Shown here piece after piece: positions 11,820 to 24,600 of a DNA stretch of 64,000 nucleotides. This DNA comes from Amoebophrya sp. A120 (taxonomy: Eukaryota > Protista > Dinoflagellata). The notes under the pieces are model-generated. The model searched no databases, had not been told where the DNA came from, and saw only the letters and a list, made by a program, of their open reading frames with translations. The stretch covers positions 9,864,650 through 9,928,649 of the forward strand of contig CAJINV010000002.1 in NCBI GenBank assembly GCA_905178155.1, in the 5' to 3' direction. Both the position numbers and the translations under genes were made by a program. How positions within the stretch are numbered: position 1 is the first letter of the stretch; the number at the start of each line of letters is the position of its first letter.

Positions 11820-14437
11820 ATGTTGCGCACCTGCGAAGTCATCATCGCAGATCTGGCAGAGGACGATGAGCCCACTGCCGAGGTATTATTATTTTTTCTT
11901 CTTTTTTGAGTATACATGACTTCCTCTTAGAGCATGACAGCATAGCAGTCTACATTCCTTACCCGATGTAGTACACGTGGAACCCTATCCAATAGGTCAT
12001 GCGACGCAGGGCTGAGCGCATGGCGATGGGCTTGGAGGAAGCGTACTGCAAGGGATGCCCACAGCTACGGGACCACGACGAGTTTGCAGCAGAATTCTTG
12101 CATCACAGAACTGCGAATGTAACTGAGATACACGATTTCTACGCTAAACCTAGACCACAAGTTTGCAAAGCGAAGACGTTCAAGAAAAGCCCGTACTTGT
12201 GGTGGCACCTTGCCAAGACGTATGACTTCCTGCAGCACCGCATCAGTGACGTCCCGATGACTGAGAGTGATGAACAGGAGTGGGCAGCACTGCTACAGCG
12301 ACACCTTGGCCGCCCCCAAGACCAGTTGACGCACCTGAACACGAGCACGCGAACCATGGCAGATGAGGTATACGGCCCGGATGGATACCTCAACTGCGGC
12401 TTCCCGTATCGCGGCAAGATCGAGCTGTGCCGACTGTGGCCCGATGCCAAGAACATGAAGCCCACGGAGCTCCTTCGATACCTCAACTGCCCGTCGTCCG
12501 AGCAGCAAGTACAGGATGCACTACGTGAACTCGACTTCCGGAGGACCAACCCGTACCAGTTTGAGACGGATGAGATCTTGGCGCGGGGCTGGAAAGAGTT
12601 GCAGCAGAACATCTACAACCCCGATGACCCAGACTCCGCCCCTGTCCTACGGCGCACTGATAAGACCATAGATGACGTTGCGGACGACACGGTGATCCCG
12701 ATTTTCCACATCGGGCAGCGGTGGGATTACGACAAGGGCAACTGGGCGAAAATACGGGGCATCGCAAACGAGAAACATGCAAGCAAACTTGTTTCTGCCT
12801 TTGGGGAGCACATGTCGATGCCGCGCATGCCGGTGGTAATCGACCGGTGCTATAAGTGCATAGCACCTGGCGATGAGAGCCCCACTGTTGACCTCAAGCG
12901 ACACCTCAAGCAGCAGATGGAGGTGGAGCGCAAGAGGGACGGGAACTGGCAACAGTGGAGGATGGTGGACGTGCATCAGCGCGCCAAACCTGGTGGCATG
13001 GCGCCACTGAAACCAAAACACTTTGTGCCAGTCATCTCCAAGATTGACAAGTGGCAGGCGTACTTCCAGCTACCAAATTGCGACCCCAGCAACTACTACT
13101 TAGCGGCATGGAACAGCGACGAGAAGCGGTGCGAGTTCTTCACCAACCACGCTATGTCCTTCGGCAACTTGCACTCGGTCTACCACTACTGTGGAGCCAT
13201 CAGCGCGTTTGTTGAAATGCTGATCGAGCAGCACCTCGGCGTCAGCTGCTTGGTATACGTGGACGACATCATTCTCTTCACTCCGGCATGGATGGCACCG
13301 CTAGCGCATGCAGCAGTGAAGAAACTACTCGGGATAATCGGCTTTGTCTCCGCTGACAAAAAGGACATAGTTGGGCGGTGTGGAACGCCATCTGATGTCC
13401 TTGGAGTTGATGCCACTTCTACAGCAACTAGCATAAAGTTCCTCATGAACAGCAACAAGGTAGCGGATGCAGTGACGCTGATAGACCGTGCCCAGCAGTC
13501 CATCACTACACGATCGTGCTCGGTGAAGCAGATCCAGCAGGTATTAGGCACGGCCTGCCACCACTTGTTCGCGCGTCGCTTTCTTGACCACACGCCCGCC
13601 ATCAGGCTACTAGCAAAGTACACCGAAACCGACCCCCACAACCATCTCAAGGACCTGACGCAGCATGCGCGCCAGGAGCATGTACTAGCAGTGGTCGCAA
13701 TGCTTGAGGAATGCAAGACAGCAGTAGCAGAAAGCCGCCCGCTTGAGCTACATGCGGACCTGCACCGAGCGCCGATGGTTGAAGTGTTCACGGACGCGGC
13801 GGCGGAAGGATCCTGTGTCTTCCTTGGCGGAATCATTTTTGCACCACACCTCGATCACCCGGTGTGCTTCAAGTATGAGTTCACCTCGGCGAAGGATGGC
13901 GCTGCCATACAGCTCCCGTCGCAGCTACGAGAGCAGAAGATCTTCGTATTTGAAGTCCTTGCAGTCTACCTAGCTGCCGTCTTGTTCAGCGAACATGTGG
14001 CGAATGCCAGGGGAATCTGCCACATCGACAACACGGGCTCCGCCTTTGCCATCCTGAAAGGGTCTTCTTCGGCAGTTGCGGGGTCGGTACTTGCAGCTCG
14101 GACAGCGCAACTTTGGCGACAGAGCGGCTTCACGCCTGCAGTGCACTACATCGGGACAAAGAGGAATATAGCTGATGCACTCACACGATGCGATCTTCTA
14201 AAAACCTTCTTCAAACTCACAGGTGCTGTAGACCAGAGCGAGCTACTGATGCCCCGGTTGATGGCTGCGCTGACCAGCATTGACAACGACATTGCAGCCT
14301 TCCGCAAAAAATATGAAGCGCACCTTGGACAAGATCGCCCAGCGCAAGTACGCGCAGGACCAGAGAGCAAGGGAGCACTTTCGGACAGCACCCGCGCTCC
14401 AGCTCCCGCGGAGAGCGCCCAGCCTCCGCAGAGATAA
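11820..14437 (+). CDS. Reverse transcriptase / RNase H (DIRS-type pol); predicted intron 11883-11995
   Basis: RT motifs AMSFGNLHSVYHY and YVDDII. RNase H motifs VFTDAA, FEVLAV, IDN and NIADALTR. An upstream ATG exon (11820-11882) joins in frame via GT-AG. Confidence 0.92.
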
Positions 14438-15389
14438 ATCATCCAGACGGGACTTTGAGGCACAGATCCGGGTCTGGCCGCACCTGCTCAGCTATGATGC
14501 GAACGATGTCAAGACGCAGGAGGCACACTGGAGTGCTTTTGTGACGTGGTGGAATGAGCAGCAGACCACGGATGGCGCCAAGATCTACATCCCAGCACCA
14601 GACGAGCCCCTCACGATGCTGCGGATCCCGAGGCTCCGCTACCTCGGGGAACTCTTCCTTTTTGGAGAATATCTGATCGAACATGACCTGGTCCGGTCGC
14701 AGATGAACTACTCCAGCACCGTAGCAGCCCGACTGGAAGCGTTGCTCAAGGTGGACGGTACCCCGGAGCAGAAGCAGGGCCTCAGCGCAGCCCTCAGACG
14801 TCTGCGTGAGGACTACGAGCACGCCAAAGCCATGCCTGTCACAATCCACAAGTTGCGGCTGCTACCGAAGAAGCGCCAGGATATTTTGAAGTTCTGGATC
14901 AGCTCGGCGCTACGCAAGTCGTCGATGCTGTCCGTTGAAGAGGGGTATGTGCAACCGGTACAAGAAGATCGGCGGTGGGCCATCAGCCTGGTGAAAACGA
15001 AGTGCAACTCTACATCGAAGGACCTCATGTTCCCATCCTACAACCCGTCTCGTTTGAGCGGGCAGCAGCTGCCGTTCACCCAGAAAAAGCTGGCAGATGC
15101 GGTCCAGGCAGCAGGGACCACAGCCCACGGGCCGCGTAGGACTTTGGCCTTGGTGCTGCGAAAGGCACTGAGCAAGCAGGGTCTTCATCACCCCAGGGAC
15201 CTCCCATCGGAGACCTTGAGGCGGATTTCACAGCACTTTGACTGGTCCACCAAAACAGTGGTGAACAACTTTGCGAACTACACATGTGATTTCAAGGATC
15301 ATGAATTCGCAGAGATGTTTGCACCACGTGAAGTCTTCAACTTTCTCTTGGAGGGCCTACACCCGCCAATTAATGAAGACAAGTACTGA
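14313..15389 (+). CDS. Tyrosine recombinase (integrase of the DIRS-order element)
   Basis: Catalytic pattern R (SALRKSS), K (VKTK), HxxR (AHGPRR), W (HFDWS), Y (FANY). It overlaps the 3' end of the RT ORF in another frame, as is typical of DIRS-order elements. Confidence 0.85.
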   Translation: MKRTLDKIAQRKYAQDQRAREHFRTAPALQLPRRAPSLRRDKSSRRDFEAQIRVWPHLLSYDANDVKTQEAHWSAFVTWWNEQQTTDGAKIYIPAPDEPLTMLRIPRLRYLGELFLFGEYLIEHDLVRSQMNYSSTVAARLEALLKVDGTPEQKQGLSAALRRLREDYEHAKAMPVTIHKLRLLPKKRQDILKFWISSALRKSSMLSVEEGYVQPVQEDRRWAISLVKTKCNSTSKDLMFPSYNPSRLSGQQLPFTQKKLADAVQAAGTTAHGPRRTLALVLRKALSKQGLHHPRDLPSETLRRISQHFDWSTKTVVNNFANYTCDFKDHEFAEMFAPREVFNFLLEGLHPPINEDKY

Positions 15390-15698
15390 CTCTTTTCCGC
15401 GGCGTTTCTGTAGAAAACAAAAACAAAAAAGATCCAACTACTGGCACGACATGTCGGCACCACATTTGTAGTGCCTCGCCTGGATAGCAGCATGCTCCAG
15501 CACACGCTTGATCCTTCATCTTGCACATGCTTTTTCCTTTTCTACAGGGACGCCTTTTTTTTCCACACAGAAGTGCTTTTTCTTCGTTGTGTCAACACCT
15601 TGTCTCTGCCCACTTGACAGTCTCCCGCTGTACTAAGACTTTTTGTGGTGCGCGATCTGTGCGGACACTTGTTGTAGTACGACATTACAGCAGAAAAA

Positions 15699-17429
15699 AT
15701 GGATGACCAGGCTGCTGTTGCACCGGCTGCCGCCGACCACAAAGGAGCTGGCAAGGGGAAGAACAACGAAAAGGGAAAAGGTGGCAAAGGGCCCTACGGC
15801 AAGCCCTTTTTCAACACTGCCATCCTGGCGTTCAAAGGCAAAGGAAAAGCGAAACAGGGCGGGATGCGGATCTTCGCTTGCACTACGCAGGACATGGCCG
15901 ACACTGACCCGAACATCCCAGTGGGCCGGCGCGCACGGATCACCGGAGAAGTCATATCTCTGGTCGAGGCCAGCCACTCCGTATAAAATTATTTATTTTA
16001 TGTTGAACATCTTTTGCCCGAATTCATGTATTTAGCACACATCATTCTGACTACCCAGATGACACTTTGTGTACATGAGTGCGAAGTTGTGTGGGTGACT
16101 GGCCAACACCGCTAACACAACGGTGACCAAGTCGTGGCTCAGTATGCCGGATATGCCCATGACTAGTCATCCGCTTTTCTTGTTCGCCCTTACCTATGAT
16201 CTTCTCCAGGCCGACTTCTTCGACACTGTGACGTTCCAGCACCGGTCTGCTATGGCCCCCCACCGGCGGGAAGTCGGTGACTACCAGCTGCAGCTGCGTC
16301 GGGATATTGACGACCGCAACCTTGGCGATGCTGATGGAGACGGAATGGAGGTCATCAAAGTGCTCATGCCGGATTTCGGAGATCACAAATTTCTGCTCCG
16401 GGCGGTGGACTGGGCTGACAACTGCCAGATCACGACTGTGCAGGCGCAACACAACAACAGGGGCCTCCCGGGATCGTACCCGGAGTCCCGTTTCTTGGCA
16501 GATCGAATCACCCGGGCAGAAGCGGACATCATGGTCTACGTGTTCCCGCAGGCCCTGCGCGTTAAGGTAGGCGGATGTATGGCAGTCACCAATGACTACA
16601 AGAGCCTGGACTTGATCTTTTGCCGGACACAGGGCCAGGTCCAGGCGTTTGGATCCAATGCAACAGGGGATGGCACCAATTATGGCCAGTGCATCGTGGC
16701 GACCACGCTCGTCGACAGCGATCGCCTGAACTACGCCAACCAGGCTGGTGGTGACTTTGGACGTGACATGCCGTGCACCGCAACTGGCCTCTCCTGGTTC
16801 CGTCACCAGCGCCCGGATTATAACAAGCTGACCCGACAGTGGATCCCGAAATTCGGTATTGGGTGTTGTATTTGTTATGATGCTTTAGTCTTCATGGTCT
16901 CTCTGGAGACTTGGTGGTCTGTGCAGAACAGCATGACAAATTACCTCATGCCTATCTCCCCGGTACAGGTCTGCCGCCGACCAACCACATCTACCTCAAG
17001 TTTGAAGTCTCCCTCCCGCGCGACTTCCCGCAGCTGTACTCCTTTGACGGCACCTTCCCGATGCTGTACCACGGGCAGCATTACTGGACCACGGAGTACC
17101 TGGCGCACAGTGCCGCCACCTTGCGGAAGGTGGTGCACTACCTGATGCACCAGGAAACCGCATTGCAGAACTACTGCAGCATCCTGCTCTTCCAGGCCAA
17201 GAAACTCGAGTCGCGCTTGGCGACCTCGAAGCGTGAGACTGCGGCGGTGCAGACGGACTGCAACAACATCCTGGAGCGCGGGCAATTGCTAATCGCCTCG
17301 CTCAAGAGCGCCGTGGAGAACCCGCTGTCAATGCAGGATCTCCTCGACAAGGTGAGCGGAGTGATCAACCGCCATCAGCACCAGTTTGATGCCATTGCAG
17401 AGGCAGACCTGCCGCCGATGCCGGCATAA
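15699..17429 (+). CDS. Putative multi-exon accessory gene downstream of YR, unknown product
   Basis: ORFs 15699-15980, 16210-16855 and 16927-17429 join in frame through GT-AG introns (the first may hide a small exon). GKG-rich N-terminus and coiled-coil-like C-terminus. Confidence 0.55.
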
Positions 17430-17753
17430 TTGAGGTTGATGAACGGGTTGAGTACCCGTGGCACGTCAGTGCAGGCTGTTACCTACGATTCCTGATGCGA
17501 TTTTTGATCACTATGTCACCACTTTCTCTTGCTCAGAGCCTGCCTGTTGCAGCAAAGCACGGACTTCACTTTTGTTTGATGAAACAAGAAAAAACACTTT
17601 TGATCCTCTCATGGCGCAGGCCAAGCCTTGCTCCCAAGCGTTCACTGTGTTCCACCCCCCCCGGGCTCCTCAGTCCTCGAGAGCCACCGATCCTTTTCTT
17701 TGGCATCACGACTGGCATGGTGCTCGTGGCTCGGCCTCCTGGCAGCACGGGTA

Positions 17754-18004
17754 GGAGGATAGTTTACAGCACATCAAGCCCCTTCTGGGCATCAGTGCTG
17801 CTCCCATCTTTGGTCGGCCCGGTGAGCCACCAGCAGTTTACCATCGCATGATTACACTGAGAGCGACTCTTCCGGGGCGTGCGTTCGCGCTTCTGCATCT
17901 CTTTCCTTGGGCCTGGACAGCCCATTGACAGCGATGTCGGCACCTACTTGGTCCTAGTCAGGATTCAGTCTGACAGATTTGGGATTTGCGCCTTGATTAT
18001 TGTT
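17754..18004 (+). repeat. Split direct repeat B1 (251 bp)
   Basis: Matches 18373-18623 with one mismatch seen (gatttgcg / gatttgca). Abuts A2 directly. Confidence 0.95.
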
Positions 18005-18138
18005 GAGAGAACGTAACAAGTTCAAGGGAGAAACCCAAAGCTGATAGAGCCCAAGTAGGTGCTACTCTCCACTGATACAGAAATGCCATAGGCTGGAGTT
18101 AGATCCGCGCTCTTGTGGTGATTCGAGACACACGAGGG
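18005..18138 (+). repeat. Split direct repeat A2
   Basis: Copy of 1119-1252. Confidence 0.95.
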
Positions 18139-18372
18139 TTGGTATGTTGTATTGGTGGGAGAGTGGTGCCGGGTCGGTGCGCTTCGAGCACGGATCCGAG
18201 TGAAAAACCTGTAGCGGCGACTGCGTCGATGCAAAAGTTTTTCACATCCCACCCTTTACAGGCCTGTAGGAGGTCGCTACACTCTCCTACTCTACTGGCC
18301 CTGTCGTCTGACCCTGACTAGGCACGTGTTCGTGCGTCCTGGGCAGTCGTTCCCACCCATGCGTCTTCGGCG

Positions 18373-18623
18373 GGAGGATAGTTTACAGCACATCAAGCCC
18401 CTTCTGGGCATCAGTGCTGCTCCCATCTTTGGTCGGCCCGGTGAGCCACCAGCAGTTTACCATCGCATGATTACACTGAGAGCGACTCTTCCGGGGCGTG
18501 CGTTCGCGCTTCTGCATCTCTTTCCTTGGGCCTGGACAGCCCATTGACAGCGATGTCGGCACCTACTTGGTCCTAGTCAGGATTCAGTCTGACAGATTTG
18601 GGATTTGCACCTTGATTATTGTT
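18373..18623 (+). repeat. Split direct repeat B2 (right terminus of the element)
   Basis: Copy of 17754-18004. Host coding sequence resumes at 18624. Confidence 0.95.
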
Positions 18624-21600
18624 ATCGTCCACTCCTCTTGCACAGTTAGAATGTTCTGAGGAGAGTTTCAAAGCTAGCTCACAACAAGTCGACTGGTCTC
18701 CGCATAAGAAGAAGGGCGGAGAAAAAATCACCGCGCCCACAGAACAAAACGCTGCATTTGAGGCAGACCGAGACGGGACGAGTGGGGGAATAAAGAGCGT
18801 GAACGACAGGTCAGCAGAAAAAGAGAAAGAGACCGGTTCTGCTCCCGCCTTTTCCAAGTCACCGAGCAAGCGAATTGACCCTGCCGGCTGGCCAAAAGCA
18901 GAAACCGGTGCCGAGCCAGCAGCTCTGCAGTTGGCAGATTTGCACCTCTGTCCAGCGGGTTCCAGTTGGATCTTCCAAGAGGGACCGCTCCAACACCAAA
19001 CAGTTTCGCTGTTTGCACCGCGTGCGGTGAAATCAAGCCTCTTGCCCTACGACTGCCCGATCGTGATTTCCGTAGTGGAGCAGCCACTTGATCATGTCCG
19101 AGGCGAAAGTGTTGAAGACCGTGAGGTAGAGGTGGACCCGCTTAACACAACAGAAAAGGAAATAAACCAGCACCACCACGAGTCACTTTCCTGCCAGGAG
19201 CAAGAGCAGAACCGCAATCACGGCAGCTTCACCCTGAATCTGCAGGATGCCGACACGCAACAAGAGGTTCTGCTCGCTACGCCGGTGCGGTCCTCTAAGC
19301 TCTCCATAACACAGTTGTCGCCCCCATCAGTGAAAACTAGCGACCGCGGCCTGGGACACCAGCGACTCGGCAAGGGCTTGCTTGCTGCGGACGAAGACGG
19401 TGGGAAGGCTATAAGTAGCCACGATGGAACGAAAGGTCAGCATTGGGCATCAACCGATGCAGAAGGGCGTTTGCGTATGAACACGTGTACAAGACTTCTG
19501 CGCACGCTTTTGGATCTCGGAGCAGTGGATGAAGCGACGACGAGTAATGAAGCGTCTTTTTCCGTTAGCAGGAGGACGGGTCGCGCTACCAAGGCCAACG
19601 CATCTTCATGGACGAAAGAAGTGCAGCTTCAGCATGTCGAGGAATTTTTGCAAAACTTGCAAACCGAGGAACAGCGAGGCTTACAGAACCAGGTCGACGA
19701 CGATCTAATGGCGCCGCCCGCTCGTGCGAACGCCGTGACAACCTACACCACACTATTTGCGAAGCTGGAAAAGATCGATCCCGACCTGTTCCGCGCGCGC
19801 GGAGCGGACGGGGAGCTCGTTCCCGCTTCCCCGGCCAAAAGTCGACGCCCAAAATGGCTTCAGTTATTTGCCGGAACACGGGAAGCGGTACCGGCTGGGA
19901 ATGGTGCGGTAAATCACGCTCATAATCAAGGCCTGGGACTGCTGCCGCGCGACCCAAATAACCGCATCGCTCCCACCGCTCACGAAGAGGAAGAGTACAA
20001 ACACCATGTCAGAAACTATGGACGTGAGCAACATCCCGCTGAGAAGGTTGGGAATCGCTCGGCAGGCGCTCGAGGGCAAAATAACTACACTCAGTTTTTG
20101 ACCAAGGATCAGTTGAGCTTTTTTGCGAATCTGGACAATAACGAAAGGAAGCGCATGTTCTTCGTCGTGACGCGCGGCAAGCCGCACGGCAGACCCAACG
20201 TCGCGTCGCCCTTCGAACAATATCTTCCATTTTTTGGATCTGGTGCCGGGAGTTTCGGAAGTGCTGATCATCCAAACGCGGCCAGTGCGAGCATTTACAC
20301 GTCCATTTCCGGAGGGCCGGGCGCCGAGGGACTCTTCGGAAACGCGAGTGCGAGCGGGTCCTTTGCGCAAAACAGTCCCGAGACAAATAATCGTTTTGCA
20401 GCCGTGATTCAGGCTGCGCAGGCACGACATTTGAAGACGAGCCAGGAAGCAAGCCCCAACCTTCTCGCGAATCTGAGGCGCATGATGAAATCGAACGACC
20501 CTCCGCTGAAGCAGGCGGTCGAGCGAATGCTGGAAGCCGAAAACGGCACGGCGGATAAGAAATTGCAAGCAGCACAGAAAAACTCACCAAAACATTTATC
20601 CCATGCGGCAAACGAGTCATCAAACAACCTTTCTTCCCCGGATTTACTTCGCGGGAAAAAGAACCCAGACACCACGGGCGCCGGCCCCCAGCACACGGAG
20701 GCCAGACCGGCCGGCGCACAAGCATCGGCGACGGCGGCGAAGTCGGGGCAGCAATTGGAGGCGGAGCGGCAGGAGCAAAAGCTTGCGATTGGGCTGCACG
20801 CCCCCTTCGAAAACGTGAAGATAGAGCCCTCCTTGCAGTTCTACAACTCCCTTCCCTTGACCGTGCAGCTGAAGTTCAGTGTGTGCCGGCAGCCGCAGGA
20901 TGCGATCGAGATCACCGCGCGCTATTTGCAGTCGGTGTTCTACTTCAACATCTCGCAGCAGCGTCGGAAAGAGATGGACATCGACCGGCTGAAAACGGAG
21001 GTGACGGTGAAGCTCAACGCGGAAGTGGTAGATGGCGTGGAGCGGTTGACTTGGAACCGGCAGGAGCTGTTGCGGAAGGAGCTGCGGAAGATCCGGAATG
21101 AGCTGTTTGCGGAGCAGTTTAAGGAGTTGAAGAGATTGCAAACGGAGAAAAACCGAATTTTGGGCAGTGTGGTGAAAAAGATCGTCGTGAGAGAAAACGA
21201 ACGCAGGATCAGTCTGTATCGGGCTGAAATGCAGGAGCGGAAGAAGAGAATTTACGAAATTCGCGGCCCGGCAGCGGGGACTTCGGCAAGTGGAAGGACG
21301 GCTGCCGGGTTTTCGACGACGAAAAGTGGAGCAATGACGGTAAGCGCATCGCGAGACGAATTCCCGAAGCAAAATCGTTCAACTCAAAGCATAAGCAGCG
21401 GTGAAAATAATAGCCTGACGCGGAAAAAACCGTCACGGAGCCAAGCACTAGAGCCAGCAGCAACGGGAGAGAAGAGCAGTAATGCTGCCCTTCTTGCAGT
21501 AAGCGGCGAAGCAGCAAACCCGCTGCCGTCACCCGCTGCCATCACAAGTGATGGGAAGCTGCGCAACGAGGCTCCGGACGCGGAGGCCCAGGCTTCGGAA

Positions 21601-24600
21601 GCAAGACCGCGGCAGCAAAGTCGGAACTCCTGCCATCCACAGGAGCAACTTTCAGCGGACGAAACCGCTCCCCTGTTGGTGCCGAGGGGGGAGGAAAATT
21701 TCGAGTCGATGTGGAACGAAAGCGAGGGGCAGCTGACGCCGGAAATGCTGAGCTCCTCTGGCGGGCACACCTCTACTTCTCACATGAATGATTCCTCCCT
21801 GATGTTTGAATCTCCCATGGCAGCGGGTGGCGCGGCGTCGTGTAATGACCACGACCGAAGGTCAAGTGTTGAAGATAATGAAAATGATGACAACTCCGCG
21901 CATCAAGGACTCCCCGGGGACGAGGTGTTGCAGGTTGCGCAGGAAGCAATCGAGGCTAGGGAAAGAACTACACGACCGCCAAGAGCAATCAGTCCCAGCG
22001 CAGAAAGCGTAAGCGAAGAGAACAAAGATCGGACCACTGAAGACGGCGATCGTAGCGAAGCGTCGTCGTCTGGCGCCAAGAAACGACTCAGTGGTTTAGC
22101 CATCTCGGCCAGTAAAGTTTCCCCGGAGGAGCATGTCGATGAAAATTTCTACGCTGACACAAATGTGCAGCAGCGTGGTCAAGAAGCCCTGGAGACCACA
22201 AACAGTCCCCTGGATCATGATCCCCACGGGGACGTTTCATTCGGCCTGTCTCCGACGCCGCCCGTGTTTCTCAGTGAGTACATGGTTCTGCAGCAGCTGA
22301 CTCTCGAGCAGGATTTGTTTCTCGGAGAAAATCTGAACGAGTTTATCCGCCTGCACAAGGTGCAGTCCGTTCAGTACGAGGTCGAGCCTTTTGCCCTCTT
22401 CCACTCCTACGATTTTGACCCGCATATTCCAATTTTCATGAAGGCCCAGGCAGTGCGGAAACCGAACCAAGCCAGTGGCGGGGGAGAAAGTGGGCCTGGT
22501 CGTGGGACGACATCCTCGTGGCAGTCAGCCCCGACCAACAACAACTCGGGTGAGTTCCACTGGTCCACGTTCGAACCCTTTGTGCCCTTGATTCCGTCCA
22601 ACGCGTCGGCAATGTACGAGGCCTTCGCGGCGACTGCGGAAAATGGCAGCTCTGGTACTGACTCGCAGTGGCGGAGCACAAGCTGCGCGAATGCGGTCGC
22701 TTTACGACGAACGCGGCAGCTACGCGAGTACCTTCCTGTAGTAGTCCCGAACGGTCGGGAGGGATCGAAAGGGTTCGGTGACGGTTCCCATCATGCAAGC
22801 CTAGACTATCCTAGTAGCTTTCGAGGAAATTATACAGGAAGCAGCAACCACGTGGTAGATTCAACAATTACGGTCGAGGACGCGAAGGAGCTAGAGACTG
22901 CTATTTTCGCCGTGCATGCCGCGTACCAACGTCACCTGTCGAATTCTCCATTTTACTGCGAAAACAAGTACTGTTTGGGGGTAGAGTATTCCATGGAGGA
23001 GGTGGGGTTAGGCTTGGAAAAGAAAAGTAATAGTGCGACGAAGAAGAAAAGCGCCGACCCTGAGCCGTTCGGTGCAAGAAGTCCGGCTGTTCAAGATCCG
23101 GTCGCGCCACAGACCGCGTGCAAAAGCATTTATGGCCGTGTCCTGTTTGACGAGGTGGGGGAGGGAGATGAAGAAGACGACAAAGCACCAGGCTGGCCGT
23201 CGGGCGACCTAGCGATTGCAAATGACGAAAAGCTCGGGCTGCAGCAAGGAGGTGAAGAAGCGACGGAAGCGACCTCGCATCATGGTGAAAAAGGCAAAAC
23301 ACCGGCACAGCGTGATGCTTGTCCGCAGATGAGGCACCATGCAAGCCTAGTAGGCGCGGAAGCTGGTACAACACCAAATTCCCACGGGGTGATGAGTCCA
23401 CGGCTTCTGCAGCTGCCTCTGCACCATACCGCACAAGAGTCGGCCCTGCACTCACCGCGTGCGCCTGCTGGTGAGGATGAAAAGTGCACAGGTCCCAGCA
23501 GCGGTGAGACGAGGCAACTAAAGAAAAAGCAGAAGCGCGCGCTGCACGAGCTGGAGAAGATGCGGGAGCATCTGCATCAAAACCTGTCGGCCACCCAGAA
23601 GGAAGCGCTTGCGCGAAGCCAAATGCAGAAGCAAATCGTGTACGAAACTTTCTGTTTTTCGAACTCCTCCAACGCGAGCAAGATGTATTTTGACGCGTTG
23701 GTGCCCGCGCAGGTCGACAAACCAACTGGCAGCTCTGCTGAAACTTTAGGCAATTACTCATCTACCTCGAGCAAATCGACCGCTCGGAAAGACGTGACTG
23801 GGACAGGACCAGGAGCAGCCGGATCTGCAACTAGAAGAGCGGTTAATAAAACAGGCCATGCTCCTGCAACTGCCACCGCTTCATCTACACTTCTGAAGCG
23901 GTCCGAAATCACGACGACCAACACAGCGTACTTCACGCCGATCCTGACGCGAAACCAGAATGAGTTGCGGTTCAGCTCGGATTTGTGGTTTATCGACCGC
24001 ATTCCGAAATTTGAAACCATGGCCGAACTAAACATATCCAACAAGATTGTGCAGGCCGACTACAACATCCGGCTATTGCCGATCGATTTGCAGAATTTCC
24101 AAGTCACCGCAGTGCCGCTTGTGGTGCCGAAGAACTACCAGGGGGCGAGGAGCGACGCGAATCCGAACGCAAGTGGCAGAAGAAAGAAGAAGCGAAATAT
24201 CTGCACGGGTGGGGGTAGAAGTAGTAGTTCTGCCGATGGCGCTGAACCAAGATGCGTAGTTGAAGGAAGTAAAAGTGATAGAAGCGTGGGCCTTGTTACC
24301 GAAGATCGCAATGGTAAGAAAGGAACCAGGGTGTGGAACGCCAGCTGGAACAGCAGGGAGGCTCCTGCTGTACAGAATTTCCAGATGGATCCCGATGGTC
24401 CAAGCTGCGGCACTGCCAACAATACAGATGGCGCAGTAGCAGAAAGAGTGTCACGTGGAGCTGGTGCCGGGACTAAACAGGCACGCCCTCTTGCTGGATC
24501 TTCTCGTCCTGGCGAACAGAAAAAAATACTACGTTGGCGCAATCGGAAAGGGCCTGTTGAAGTGGAAATCCATGACAGGGGTGGAGTAAAAACAGGTGCA

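Larger units (their letters stand above)
1119..18623 (+). mobile_element. Giant (17.5 kb) tyrosine-recombinase retrotransposon (DIRS order, Ngaro/PAT-like split direct repeats)
   Basis: Repeats A1 1119-1252 = A2 18005-18138 and B1 17754-18004 = B2 18373-18623. Internal RT/RNase H ORF overlaps a YR ORF. No TSD; a TT dinucleotide is shared at the junctions. Host ORF is restored on removal. Confidence 0.93.

Noticed and set aside
1119-18623. Interpretation as an LTR retrotransposon or prophage
   Set aside because: Repeats are split (A...BA-B), there is no TSD, no DDE integrase or protease, and no phage structural genes.
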